A stretch of 64,000 bases of DNA from NCBI GenBank assembly GCA_947259105.1, contig CAMYKU010000003.1:74404-138403 (forward strand), read 5' to 3'. Of this stretch, positions 37,566 through 47,400 are shown in pieces. The position numbers and the translations under genes were made by a program. A model generated the notes under the pieces. The model saw nothing but the letters and a program-made list of their open reading frames with translations. It was not told the origin of the DNA and did no database searches. The DNA is from an uncultured Alphaproteobacteria bacterium. GTDB taxonomy: Bacteria > Pseudomonadota > Alphaproteobacteria > UBA8366 > JADFVY01. Positions within the stretch are counted from its first letter, which is position 1. Each line of letters begins with the position of its first letter.

Positions 37566-38430
37566 GGCGTGGTCTCAACTCGGAATAGAGGTAGGGCACG
37601 ATGATCGCCGCCACCGTCATCATCATGACCGTGGCGCTGGCCGCGGCCTGACCCAGATCCCCGCGCGAGAACGCCATCGCGTACATGTAGGTGGCGGGAA
37701 GGTCGGTGGCGTAGCCCGGACCGCCGCCGGTGAGCGCGATGACCAGGTCGAAGCTCTTGATCGCCAGGTGGGCCAGCACGATGACCGCGCTGAGGAACAC
37801 CGGCGACAGCGACGGGATGACGATGCTGACATAGATGCGCGGAAGGTTGATGCCGTCGACCATGGCGGCCTTTATGACCTCCTGATCGACTGAGCGCAGC
37901 CCGGCCAGGAACAGCGCCATGACGAATCCCGACGCTTGCCAGACGCCGGCGATCACCACCGTGTAGATCGCCATCTCCGGGTCGACCAGCCAGTCGAAGC
38001 TGAAGCTTTCCCAGCCCCAGGACCGGACCACCGATTCGATGCCGAGACCCGGGTTGAGAATCCACTTCCAGGCGGTGCCCGTGACGATGAACGACAGCGC
38101 CATCGGATACAGGTAGATCGTGCGAATCGCGCCCTCTGCGCGGATGCGCTGGTCGAGCAACACCGCGAGCAGCAGGCCGAGGGCGATCGAAACGGCGATG
38201 AACAGGAGGCCGAAAACGAAGAGATTCTCCATCGCCACGTCCCAGCGTGGCGTGCGGAACAACTTTACGTACTGGCCGAAGCCGTCGAAATCGTATCGCG
38301 GCATGATTCGCGACCGGGTCAGCGAGACGTAGCCGGTCCAGACGATAAACCCGTATACGAAGAACAGAACCGCCGCGAGCGAGGGCGCGACGACGATCTT
38401 CGGGATGTTTCGCGTCAGCCAGCCGGACAT
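37558..38430 (-). CDS. Sugar ABC transporter permease (UgpA/MalF type)
   Basis: It is a 6-TM permease. Its stop overlaps the downstream permease start. Confidence 0.8.
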   Translation of the reverse strand: MSGWLTRNIPKIVVAPSLAAVLFFVYGFIVWTGYVSLTRSRIMPRYDFDGFGQYVKLFRTPRWDVAMENLFVFGLLFIAVSIALGLLLAVLLDQRIRAEGAIRTIYLYPMALSFIVTGTAWKWILNPGLGIESVVRSWGWESFSFDWLVDPEMAIYTVVIAGVWQASGFVMALFLAGLRSVDQEVIKAAMVDGINLPRIYVSIVIPSLSPVFLSAVIVLAHLAIKSFDLVIALTGGGPGYATDLPATYMYAMAFSRGDLGQAAASATVMMMTVAAIIVPYLYSELRPRHD

Positions 38431-38494
38431 GGCGAGACCTGTCCCGTCGCCGGGGCCGCCGCCACGTGCGGCTCCCCTGGTGACGGGTGCGGGT

Positions 38495-39739
38495 CTAACG
38501 CGAATTGGCGACGGCGTCGGCCAGCGACTTGGCCGCCTGCGCCGAGCTCATGTCCGAATTGAAGTGCTGCGTTACCAGGTCGGTGATCGCCCCGGCCTGC
38601 TGCCCGCGCAGCGCCATACCGTGGGCATAACTCGGCAACAGCGTCCCGCTGCTGGCGGCGACGTCCATGTCATAGGCGGAACGCCGCGCGCAGTAGTCGA
38701 ATTCGCCGAGCGGCGTGCCGAGCCGGGCCGGTATCGAGCCCTTGGCAAGATTGAACGTCTTCTGGAAGTTCTCGCCGACGATCAACTTGGCGAGCAGCTT
38801 CTGCCCGGCCTCGCGGTCCGCGCCGGATACCTTGAACATGGCGAAACTATCGACATTGTACAGGAAGCCGGCGCCTGGCGTGGGGTTGCATTGGTAATCC
38901 TTGCCGGGCGTCTTGCCCGCGGCGGTAAACTCGCCCTTGGCCCAATCGCCCATGATCTGGAACGCCGCCTCGCCATTGATCACCATTGCGGTCGCAAGGT
39001 TCCACTCGCGGCCCGAGAAATTGCTGTCGACGAAACCACGCAGGGTGCGCATCTGGTCGAACACCTTGACCATCGTCGCACTGTTGAGCGCCGCCGGATC
39101 GAGATCGACCAGCGCCTTCCGGTAGAAGGCCGGGCCGCCGATGCCGAGCACCACGCTCTCGAAGACGGTCGCGTCCTGCCAGGCCTGGCCACCGTGCGCC
39201 AGCGGCGTGATGCCCAGCGCCTTGAGCTTCACCGCCGCCGTGTTGAATTCATCCCAGCTGGTCGGGATCGAGACCCCGGCCCTGGCCAGAACTGCGGTGT
39301 TCGCCCAGATCCAGTTCACCCGGTGCACATTGACCGGAGCGGCGCAGTACTTCCCGCCACACTTCATATGCCCGGCGATCGCGGCCGGCAGGAGCAAGTC
39401 CCATTTCTCCACCTTGCCGACACCGGAGAGGTCGGCGAGCACGCCTTCCTCGTACCATTCCTGGATGCTCGGCCCCTTGAGCTGGACCGCGGTCGGCGCG
39501 TTGCCCGACAGCACACGGGCGCGGAGCGCCTGCATCGCGGCGTCGCCGCCGCCACCGGCGACCGGCATGTCGACCCACTTGCCGCCGTTGCTCTGGAACT
39601 CGTCCATCAGTGTTTGCACGGCGCGGGCCTCACCGCCCGAAGTCCACCAGTGCAGGACCTCGGCCTGCGGCTCGGCCAGCGCGGTGCCGGCCCCAAGCCC
39701 TGCGATCAGTGTCAGGGACGCCAATACAGATCGTTTCAT
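38495..39739 (-). CDS. ABC transporter extracellular solute-binding protein (family 1, sugar)
   Basis: It has a signal peptide MKRSVLASLTLIAGLGAGTALA and is about 415 aa. It is the first gene of the ABC operon. The track ORF start at 39826 is over-extended. Confidence 0.8.
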   Translation of the reverse strand: MKRSVLASLTLIAGLGAGTALAEPQAEVLHWWTSGGEARAVQTLMDEFQSNGGKWVDMPVAGGGGDAAMQALRARVLSGNAPTAVQLKGPSIQEWYEEGVLADLSGVGKVEKWDLLLPAAIAGHMKCGGKYCAAPVNVHRVNWIWANTAVLARAGVSIPTSWDEFNTAAVKLKALGITPLAHGGQAWQDATVFESVVLGIGGPAFYRKALVDLDPAALNSATMVKVFDQMRTLRGFVDSNFSGREWNLATAMVINGEAAFQIMGDWAKGEFTAAGKTPGKDYQCNPTPGAGFLYNVDSFAMFKVSGADREAGQKLLAKLIVGENFQKTFNLAKGSIPARLGTPLGEFDYCARRSAYDMDVAASSGTLLPSYAHGMALRGQQAGAITDLVTQHFNSDMSSAQAAKSLADAVANSR

Positions 39740-39973
39740 CGGAACCTCCCGATTATCGTTGACCCATAGCCGCGTCGCACCTGCAGCGCGGCTTGAGTCC
39801 ATCAATGACCGGACAGCCCTCCACAATCAACAAAGAACATGCGTTCGTGTCACTCCACCGGCCAGGAATTGATCGCACCTTGTCATGGTCGGAGATATTA
39901 CCGCGTATCAGTGCGATGGTACCGAAGTTCGATCGAACGAATTCCGGACTCGGGACGCCAGGGATGGACGCGG

Positions 39974-40495
39974 TTACCCGTGCGCCGGACGGTGATAGGT
40001 TACGCGGACCCGGGCCGTGCCGTTGTTCACGAAGCCCAGATAGTCCGCAGCGGCCCACGACAGGTCGATGATCCGTCCTTTGACGAAAGGTCCTCGATCG
40101 GTGATGACCACGATCGCCGACCGCCCGTTCGCAAGGTTGGTGACCTTGACCTGGGTGCCCGTGGGCAGGGTCGTATGCGCCGCCGTCATTTCGTGCATGT
40201 TGAATTTGCGGCCGCTGGCCGTGGTCCGGCCATGGAAGGTCTTGCCATACCACGAGGCCATTCCGGTAAGGTCGTAGGACCGGTCGTCCCGCGGCACATA
40301 TCGCACGCCATTGACGACATAAGGTCGGCCGAGTTTGTACGGGACATTTTTCGGCGGCGACGCCGGTTGCGCCGCTGGGCCGGTCGTGGCGCCCGTGGTT
40401 CGCGCCGTCTCCCCGCCGCCGCAAGCGGCGAGCGCCGAAAGGGCGGCCAGCATGGCAACAATACGGATCGGCCGAAGGGTTCGTGTGCGAAACAT
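39974..40495 (-). CDS. rlpA: Septal ring lytic transglycosylase RlpA family lipoprotein (DPBB domain)
   Basis: It has a lipobox ALAAC. The DPBB motifs GMASWYGKTFHGRTTASGRKF and TAAHTTLPTGTQVKVTNLANGRSAIVVITDRGP are present. Confidence 0.8.
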   Translation of the reverse strand: MFRTRTLRPIRIVAMLAALSALAACGGGETARTTGATTGPAAQPASPPKNVPYKLGRPYVVNGVRYVPRDDRSYDLTGMASWYGKTFHGRTTASGRKFNMHEMTAAHTTLPTGTQVKVTNLANGRSAIVVITDRGPFVKGRIIDLSWAAADYLGFVNNGTARVRVTYHRPAHG

Positions 40496-40598
40496 GATGA
40501 GCCCCGGGAGCGATGTTCGTTCCCGCTAATTCAAACCGATTCGGGTTGGCAATTCGTTAACTCCCCCCCCGGTGCCCTCGCCCGACGATTCTTTCAGA

Positions 40599-41342
40599 TC
40601 AATCGGCCAGTACACCAAGCGGCATCCCGGCATCCCGGTCCACGCGCTCTGCCGCCGTCAGCTTATTGTCGAGGTGCAGCCGCAGTACTTCCGCAAGGCG
40701 CTTTCCGTCACGCGCCGCGAGCGCCTCCAGCATTTGCTCGTGTTCCTGCATGGCCTGTTCCCAGCGCCCGCCGGACCTGTTCGCGGCAAAGCGCTGGCGC
40801 CGGATCCGCCCGCCCAGTTGCCTGTGCGTCTCGATCAGAACGTTGTTGCCCGACAGTTCGACCAGCGTCTCGTGGATGCGCTGGTTCAGTCGGAAATATT
40901 CGCGCAGTTCACCGCGAGTGTGGTGCAGCGCCATCTGATAGTGCAGTACGCGGATCTCGGCGATTTCGTTCTCCTTGACCCGCTTGCAGGCCAGTTCGCC
41001 GGCCAGGCCCTCCAGCGCGCCGATCACCTTGAAGGTATCGGCAATGTCCACCGGTCCGGGGTCGGAAACCATGGCGCCACGGTTCGGCTGCAGGATCACC
41101 AGGCCTTCCGCCGCCAGTACTTTCATTGCCTCGCGCAACGGCGTGCGCGACAGGCCGAGTTGGTCGCAAACGGCCTGTTCGCGGATCCGTTCGCCCGGGG
41201 CCAGCTCGCCCTCGACGATCATGTCGCGCAGGCGGTCTGCCGCCTCTTCATGCAGGGGGCGGCGGGACCGCGGCCCGTGTCCCGGATATCCGGCCGGCGA
41301 TGGATCGGGGCCACCTTCTGTCATGTCATTTCTCCCTGTCAT
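40599..41342 (-). CDS. GntR family (FadR-like) transcriptional regulator
   Basis: It has an N-terminal winged HTH (IREQAVCDQLGLSRTPLREAMKVLAAEGLV) and a C-terminal FCD-type all-helical domain. It lies downstream of the oxidase gene in the same operon. Confidence 0.8.
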   Translation of the reverse strand: MTGRNDMTEGGPDPSPAGYPGHGPRSRRPLHEEAADRLRDMIVEGELAPGERIREQAVCDQLGLSRTPLREAMKVLAAEGLVILQPNRGAMVSDPGPVDIADTFKVIGALEGLAGELACKRVKENEIAEIRVLHYQMALHHTRGELREYFRLNQRIHETLVELSGNNVLIETHRQLGGRIRRQRFAANRSGGRWEQAMQEHEQMLEALAARDGKRLAEVLRLHLDNKLTAAERVDRDAGMPLGVLAD

Positions 41343-41345
41343 TGT

Positions 41346-44276
41346 TCAATGCTTATAAATTGCGTCTGCCAGCACCCGCGCGACATGGACCGCCTGCCGG
41401 CCGGCGCCGTCCTCGATCTGATGCCGGCAACTGGTGCCGTCGGCCACGATAATAACGTCGTTTTCGGTCGCGCGAACCGCCGGCAGAACATCCAGTTCGC
41501 CGATCCTCATCGAAATATCGAAATGCTCCGCCTCGTATCCAAAGGCGCCGGCCATGCCGCAACATGTGGACTCGATGGTCTCGACCTCCAGACCGGGGAC
41601 CAGCGCCAGCGCCTTTTGTACCGGGCCCATCGCGCCAAGTGCCTTCTGGTGGCAGTGGCCGTGCAGCAGGGCCCTGCCGCGGCGGGGCGGCCCGAAATCC
41701 AGCGCAAACCGCCCGGCGTCGATCTCGGCCGCGATAAACTCCTCGAACAGCATCGCGCAGGCCGCCAGCCTTGTGGTCTCTTCGCCCGGCAGCATTGCCA
41801 GGAATTCGTCGCGCAGGCTGAACAGGCAGGACGGCTCCAGGCCGATGACCGGGACGCCCTTGTCGACCCATGGGCGCAGCGCGTCAATCATGCGCCGGGC
41901 CTCCGCACGCGCGTTGTCGATCAGCCCCGCGGCCAGGAAAGTCCGTCCGCAGCACAGGGGTCGCCGGCCGTCCGGCGCTTTCGCAACGTGCACCCGGTAT
42001 CCCGCGGCCGCCAGCACCTGCTGCGCTGCCCGCGCGTTCTCCGGCTCGAACCAGGTATTGAAGGTGTCGACGAAGAGCACGACGTCGCGTCCATCCTCCG
42101 GCCCCACGGCGGGCTGGTCGTGCCGGAAGACGTCGCGCCTCCACTCCGGCAGCGTGCGGCGGGCGCTCAGGCGGGTCAGTATTTCGCCCAGCCGGGCCAG
42201 CAGCCGGATTCGGTTGCGCAGGTTCAGCAGCGGCGCCAGCCGCGCTGCCCACGGGGCGTAGCGCGGCACAAATGCGATCAGCCGGTCGCGCAGGGACAGC
42301 CGGTTCCTTTTGCGCCATTGCTGCAGGAATTCGTATTTCATCCGTGCCATATCGACGCCCGTCGGACATTCGCGCTTGCAGCCCTTGCAGCCGATACACA
42401 GGTCCATCGCCGCCTTCATTTCGGGCGAGGTGAGGGCGTCCGGCCCCAATTGTCCGGTGATCGCCAGGCGTAGCGCGTTGGCGCGCCCGCGGGTCACATG
42501 GATCTCGTCGCCGGTTGCCCGGTAGGAGGGGCACATGACTCCGGGGCTCGCCTTGCGGCAGGTGCCGTTGTTGTTGCACATCTCGATCGCGGCCGGGAAA
42601 CCGCCCCATTCGGACCAGTCCAGCGCCGTCTCGATCCGCAGTGGCGTATAGCCCGGCGGGTAGCGGAACAGCGAGCGGTCGTCCATTTTCGACGGGCGGA
42701 CGATCTTGCCCGGGTTGAACAGCCCGTCCGGGTCGAAATCGTCCTTCAGCGCTTCGAAGGTGCGGGCGATCTTCGATCCGTACATTGTTTCCAGGAATTC
42801 GGAGCGCACCAGCCCGTCGCCATGCTCGCCGGAGAACGAGCCCTTGTACTCGCGCACCATGGCGAACGCTTCTTCTGCGATCTCGCGCATCTTCCGGACG
42901 TCGCTGCCTTCCTTCATGTTCAGGACAGGACGGACATGCAGCGTTCCGACCGAGGCATGCGCGTACCATGTGCCGCTGGTGCCGTGCTTCGCGAATATTC
43001 CGTTCAGCCGTTCCGTATAGTCGGCCAGATGCTCCAGCGGGACGGCGCAATCCTCGATGAAGGACACCGGCTTTCCCTCGCCCTTCATCGACATCATGAT
43101 GTTGAGGCCGGCCTTGCGGACCTCCCAGACCTGGCGCTGGAACCCGGGATCTGTCGCTTGCACAACCGCATCCGGATAACCCAGGTCGCCCATCAGCTCG
43201 ACCAGACGCTTCAGGTCACGAAGCTGCGTTTCGGCGTCTTCGCCCGCGAATTCCACCAGCAGCAGGGACTCCGGCTGGCCCCGCACGAAGCGTTCGACGG
43301 TCGGGCGGAACATCGGGATATCGCGGGCAAGTTCGATCATCGTCCGGTCTACCAATTCCACCGCCGCCGGATTCAACGCCACGATATGCTGCGTTGCCTC
43401 CATCGCCCCGCGGAATGTCGGAAAATGGCAAATGCCCAGGGTCTTGTGCGGCGGTATCGTCTGCAGGTCGAGTTCGATCTCGTGGAAGAATCCGAGGGTC
43501 CCTTCCGAGCCCACCAGCAGGTTCGCCATATTGTGGCCCGTGGCGTCGATCGTCTCGATATTGTAACCGCCCACCTTGCGCAGCAACTTCGGAATCCGCG
43601 CGTCGATGTCCTCGGCATTGATCTGCCCCAACGCGCGCATTTTCTGAATCAGCGCGATATAGCGCGCCGGCGCGTCGAGCCCGGCGAGATTGCCCGGCAC
43701 GTTGCCGAAATTGGCCTCCGTCCCGTCCGCCAGGATGGCGTCGATCGAGCGCACATTGTGCACCATGTTGCCGTATCGAATGGACCGCGAACCGCAGCTG
43801 TTGTTGCCGGCCATACCGCCGATGGTCGCACGGTTGGAGGGCGACACATCGACCGGGAAGAACAGGCCATGCGGGCGCAGATACGCGTTCAGTTGATCGA
43901 GCACGATGCCCGGCCGAACACGGACCCGGCGCTCTGCCGCGTCCAGCGAAACCACATCGCGAAGATGCTTGCTGGTATCAATCACCAGGGCGGCGCCTAC
44001 CGCCTGGCCGCATTGCGATGTGCCGGCGCCGCGCGGCAGTACCGGCACGCCATCCTCGCGGGCAATTCGGATCGCGGTCCGGATATCGTCCGCCGACCGC
44101 GGGACCACCGCGCCGACCGGCACGATCTGGTAAATCGAGGCATCCGTGCTGTAGCGGCCGCGGCTGAACGGGTCGAACAGAACTTCCGCCCGGGTCTCGC
44201 GACGCAACCGGCGCGCCAGCGGGCTGTCCGATTCGTCCGCGACAGAAATTACATTATTGGATCGTATCGTCGCCAT
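41346..44276 (-). CDS. FAD-binding and (Fe-S)-binding oxidoreductase (GlcD-like FAD-linked oxidase fused to a GlcF-like CCG/Fe-S domain). It is likely a D-2-hydroxyacid dehydrogenase.
   Basis: It is 976 aa. The N-terminus has the FAD PCMH domain (VVPRSADDIRTAIRIAREDGVPVLPRGAGTS). There are central 4Fe-4S Cys clusters (CIGCKGCKRECP) and C-terminal CCG Cys-rich repeats. Confidence 0.85.
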   Translation of the reverse strand: MATIRSNNVISVADESDSPLARRLRRETRAEVLFDPFSRGRYSTDASIYQIVPVGAVVPRSADDIRTAIRIAREDGVPVLPRGAGTSQCGQAVGAALVIDTSKHLRDVVSLDAAERRVRVRPGIVLDQLNAYLRPHGLFFPVDVSPSNRATIGGMAGNNSCGSRSIRYGNMVHNVRSIDAILADGTEANFGNVPGNLAGLDAPARYIALIQKMRALGQINAEDIDARIPKLLRKVGGYNIETIDATGHNMANLLVGSEGTLGFFHEIELDLQTIPPHKTLGICHFPTFRGAMEATQHIVALNPAAVELVDRTMIELARDIPMFRPTVERFVRGQPESLLLVEFAGEDAETQLRDLKRLVELMGDLGYPDAVVQATDPGFQRQVWEVRKAGLNIMMSMKGEGKPVSFIEDCAVPLEHLADYTERLNGIFAKHGTSGTWYAHASVGTLHVRPVLNMKEGSDVRKMREIAEEAFAMVREYKGSFSGEHGDGLVRSEFLETMYGSKIARTFEALKDDFDPDGLFNPGKIVRPSKMDDRSLFRYPPGYTPLRIETALDWSEWGGFPAAIEMCNNNGTCRKASPGVMCPSYRATGDEIHVTRGRANALRLAITGQLGPDALTSPEMKAAMDLCIGCKGCKRECPTGVDMARMKYEFLQQWRKRNRLSLRDRLIAFVPRYAPWAARLAPLLNLRNRIRLLARLGEILTRLSARRTLPEWRRDVFRHDQPAVGPEDGRDVVLFVDTFNTWFEPENARAAQQVLAAAGYRVHVAKAPDGRRPLCCGRTFLAAGLIDNARAEARRMIDALRPWVDKGVPVIGLEPSCLFSLRDEFLAMLPGEETTRLAACAMLFEEFIAAEIDAGRFALDFGPPRRGRALLHGHCHQKALGAMGPVQKALALVPGLEVETIESTCCGMAGAFGYEAEHFDISMRIGELDVLPAVRATENDVIIVADGTSCRHQIEDGAGRQAVHVARVLADAIYKH

Positions 44277-44291
44277 GCAGAGCGCTTCCCG

Positions 44292-44482
44292 GATTAACCG
44301 AATTCGTTAATCATAGTCCTTAATATTGCATACAATAGATATTGCATACAATGGGCTGCATAGGGCTGCTTATTGGAACCGACGGCCTTACAGGTTCGTC
44401 GGAAAGGCATTTGGAGGATATAGGCATGCGTTTGCACGGTTTTCCCCGAGAGGGTAGTTGCACTCCCTAAAATTGTATGCAA
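44292..44482. promoter_or_regulatory. Divergent control region carrying a GATTAAC-N7-GTTAATC inverted repeat (44292-44312) and three copies of a 12 bp palindromic box ATTGCATACAAT. Two copies are direct at 44325-44336 and 44341-44352; one is inverted at 44472-44482. These are probably GntR-type operators.
   Basis: Read directly in the low-GC 260 bp spacer between the oxidase and aminotransferase starts. Confidence 0.45.
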
Positions 44483-44537
44483 AAATTATGAATATTAACT
44501 TCGGTTCCTTTTTCCGAAGTGCCACACGGAGTTTTGC

Positions 44538-45773
44538 ATGGCGTTCCACAGCGGGCGGCATTATTTGCAGATCCCCGGTCCCACGAATGTGCCGGACCGT
44601 GTTTTGCGTGCCATGGACAACCCGACCATCGACCATCGCGGTCCCGAGTTCGCGGTGCTCGGCGGCGAGGTTCTGGCCGGTATGAAGCACGTCTTCCAGA
44701 CCGAGGGCGAGGTGGTGATCTATCCGGGGTCCGGAACCGGCGCGTGGGAAGCGGCGCTGGTCAATACCCTGTCTCCCGGCGATAGCGTGCTGATGTATGA
44801 GACCGGGCATTTCGCGACGTTGTGGTCGCAACTTGCCGGGCGTCTGGGCCTCGATGTCGAATTGCTGCCGGGCAACTGGCGGCGGGGCGTCGCTGCCGCC
44901 GCGATCGAGGCGCGCCTTGTCGAGGACAAGGCGCACGACATCAAGGCGGTTTGTGTTGTCCACAACGAAACCTCGACCGGCGTGACCAGCAATATCAAGT
45001 CAGTGCGCGAGGCGATCGATGCAGCCGACCATCCGGCACTGCTGATGGTCGATACCATTTCGTCGCTCGCCTCGATCGATTACCGGCATGACGAATGGGG
45101 TGTGGACGTTACGGTCGGCGGCTCGCAGAAGGGACTGATGCTGCCGCCCGGGCTCGGCTTCAATGCAATCGGTGCGAAAGCGCTCGAGGCGTCCAAGTCG
45201 TCGACCACGCCCAAGTCTTACTGGTCCTGGGCGGAAATGCTGGGGCCGAACGCGAAGGGTTTTTTCCCCTACACGCCTGCCACGAATTTGCTTTATGGTC
45301 TTCGCGAAGCGTTGAAGATGCTGCTGGATGAAGAGGGGCTGGATGCCGTCTTCGCCCGGCATCGCCGGCTCGCAGAAGCAACGCGCCGCGCGGTGCGCGC
45401 CTGGGGACTGGAAGTTTTCTGTGCCAACGAGGACGAACACAGCGCCTCGCTGACCGGAGTGATTATGCCCGAAGGCCACAGTGCGGACGGATTGCGGAAG
45501 GCGATTCTCGACCGCTTCAACATGTCGCTTGGCTCCGGCCTGGGCAAGATCGCGGACAAGATCTTCCGCATCGGCCATCTGGGCGATTTCAACGAACTCA
45601 TGCTGATGGGAAGCCTGGCAGGAGTCGAGATGGGACTGGAAGTTGCGGGAACCCCGCACAGCAAGGGTGGCGTTACGGCAGCGATGGCGTTTTTGTCGGA
45701 GCGTCGCAACGACTCGGTGAAACTGTCGGCCGGACGGCCGATTACGGAAAAGCAACAAGAACAACAACTATGA
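44538..45773 (+). CDS. Class V aminotransferase (serine-glyoxylate/alanine-glyoxylate aminotransferase type)
   Basis: The N-terminus LQIPGPTNVPDRVLRAM, the PLP-lysine region GGSQKGLMLPPGLG, and the length of 411 aa are typical of SGAT/AGXT. Confidence 0.8.
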   Translation: MAFHSGRHYLQIPGPTNVPDRVLRAMDNPTIDHRGPEFAVLGGEVLAGMKHVFQTEGEVVIYPGSGTGAWEAALVNTLSPGDSVLMYETGHFATLWSQLAGRLGLDVELLPGNWRRGVAAAAIEARLVEDKAHDIKAVCVVHNETSTGVTSNIKSVREAIDAADHPALLMVDTISSLASIDYRHDEWGVDVTVGGSQKGLMLPPGLGFNAIGAKALEASKSSTTPKSYWSWAEMLGPNAKGFFPYTPATNLLYGLREALKMLLDEEGLDAVFARHRRLAEATRRAVRAWGLEVFCANEDEHSASLTGVIMPEGHSADGLRKAILDRFNMSLGSGLGKIADKIFRIGHLGDFNELMLMGSLAGVEMGLEVAGTPHSKGGVTAAMAFLSERRNDSVKLSAGRPITEKQQEQQL

Positions 45774-45792
45774 GTGAAATAAGGAGGAAACG

Positions 45793-46782
45793 ATGAGAAT
45801 ACTGAAATTGTTTGCAGGGCTTATATTGGCGCTCGGAATTGCGGCGCCGGCTGCGACCCCCGCTTCGGCCGAGGAAATAACCTTGAAGTACGGCCATGTC
45901 GGCGCGCCGGGTTCGCTGTTCGCCGTCTCGGTCGAGGAATTCGCCAAGCGCGTCAACACGCAGATGGCGGGCAGGGTCAAGATTGAGGTGTTCGGCGCCA
46001 GCCAGCTTGGCAAGGATCAGGAACTGCTGCAGAAGCTGAAGCTTGGCACCGTCGACTTCTCGCTGCCGTCGAGTGTCATGTCCTCGGTGGTCGACGAGTT
46101 CGGCGTATTCGATATGCCGTACCTGGTCAAAGACCGCGCCCATATGAACAGGATCGAACAGGAAATCTTCTGGAAGCAGCTTGCGCCTCTGGCCGAAGAA
46201 AAAGGCTACAAGGTGATTGCGATCTGGGAGAACGGATTCCGCCATATCACGAACAACAACCACCCCATTGCGTTACCGGCCGATCTTAAGGGTATCAAGC
46301 TGCGTACGCCCAAGGGCAAATGGCGGGTCAAGATGTTCCAGGCCTATGGTGCGAACCCGACGCCAATGGCGTTTTCGGAGGTGTTCGTGGCGCTTCAGAC
46401 CGGTGTGATGGATGGCCAGGAGAACCCCTTCGCGCAGATCCACAGCGCGAAGTTCCAGGAAGTCCAGAAGTATCTTTCGCTGACGGGCCATGTCTACACA
46501 CCGGCCTATGTGCTGGTCGGCAAGAAGAGATGGGAAAGTCTGCCGAAGGACGTCACCAGCGAAATCGAGAGAATTGCAAAGGAAACGCAAGCCTTCGTTT
46601 ATGAGACTGCGGCCGCCATGGAGACCGATCTCCTGACCAAGTTGAAAGCCGGTGGCATGCAAGTGAACGAGGCGGACAAATCGGCCTTCGTCAAGGCCAG
46701 TGCGTCAATCTATGAAGAGTTTGGCGTCGACGTCAAAGGCGGGAAGGAACTCGTCGACAAGGCCCTGAGCCTGTCCAACTGA
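45793..46782 (+). CDS. dctP: TRAP transporter substrate-binding protein DctP family
   Basis: It has a signal peptide and the DctP-family pattern LKYGHVGAPGS...QLGKDQELLQKLKLGTVDF. Confidence 0.85.
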   Translation: MRILKLFAGLILALGIAAPAATPASAEEITLKYGHVGAPGSLFAVSVEEFAKRVNTQMAGRVKIEVFGASQLGKDQELLQKLKLGTVDFSLPSSVMSSVVDEFGVFDMPYLVKDRAHMNRIEQEIFWKQLAPLAEEKGYKVIAIWENGFRHITNNNHPIALPADLKGIKLRTPKGKWRVKMFQAYGANPTPMAFSEVFVALQTGVMDGQENPFAQIHSAKFQEVQKYLSLTGHVYTPAYVLVGKKRWESLPKDVTSEIERIAKETQAFVYETAAAMETDLLTKLKAGGMQVNEADKSAFVKASASIYEEFGVDVKGGKELVDKALSLSN

Positions 46783-46797
46783 CGCCTGCCGTATTAC

Positions 46798-46840
46798 CGC
46801 CCCGTCACCTGCTCTCTTGGCAGGCGGCGGGGCGGATTTC
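46798..46840 (+). terminator. Stem-loop between dctP and dctQ (CCGCCCCG...CGGGGCGG with inner CCTGC/GCAGG pairing). It is a possible attenuator or partial terminator.
   Basis: An 8 bp GC stem is read directly. It is followed by ATTT only, so it would be a weak intrinsic terminator. Confidence 0.3.
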
Positions 46841-46881
46841 CATGGTTCAACGACCTTCTGCTCGGATCGGGGGCTGTTTCA

Positions 46882-47400
46882 ATGCCAGTGTTGGCGCGCT
46901 TGGAATTCTGGTTCGAGCGGCTGCTTGAGTTGATCGTCATGCTGCTCACCAGCAGTTTGGCCATTGTCGTCCTGCTAGCGGTCATCTACCGCAAGGCCGG
47001 TGCGTCATTCGTGTGGTACGACGAGGTCGCGTCGATCATGCTGGCCTGGCTTACTTATTACGGGGCCGCGCTGGCGGCGCTCAAGCGCGCCCACATCGGT
47101 TTCCCCGGTGTGGTGGAGGCCATGCCCCCGAAATGGCGGGTGGCGGCGGTCATCGCGGGCGAGATCATCATTATCGGTTTCTTCGTCGTGCTCGCCTGGG
47201 TCGGTTGGGAAGTCTTGCTGGTGCTTGAGGGCAGCTACCTGATCAGCCTGCCGACGGTCTCCAACCAGTTTACCCAGTCCGTCATTCCGATCGGGGCCAT
47301 GCTGTTCGTAGTCGCCCAATTGCTCAGCCTGCCGCGGACGCTTGAGGAGGCCCGGCGCGGGCTGCACCATGAAATTCCGCCGGAGTTGCAGGACACATGA
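46882..47400 (+). CDS. dctQ: TRAP transporter small permease DctQ
   Basis: It is a 4-TM protein between dctP and dctM. Its stop overlaps the dctM start. Confidence 0.75.
   Translation: MPVLARLEFWFERLLELIVMLLTSSLAIVVLLAVIYRKAGASFVWYDEVASIMLAWLTYYGAALAALKRAHIGFPGVVEAMPPKWRVAAVIAGEIIIIGFFVVLAWVGWEVLLVLEGSYLISLPTVSNQFTQSVIPIGAMLFVVAQLLSLPRTLEEARRGLHHEIPPELQDT

Noticed and set aside
36609-39769. Large + strand ORFs (36609-37604, 37936-38562, 38405-39769)
   Set aside because: They are antisense to the sugar ABC permeases and the solute-binding protein.
40572-44297. 633 aa and 599 aa + strand ORFs
   Set aside because: They are antisense to the GntR regulator and the 976 aa FAD/Fe-S oxidoreductase.
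45000-46263. Minus-strand ORFs 45000-45767 and 45742-46263
   Set aside because: They are antisense to the class V aminotransferase and dctP.
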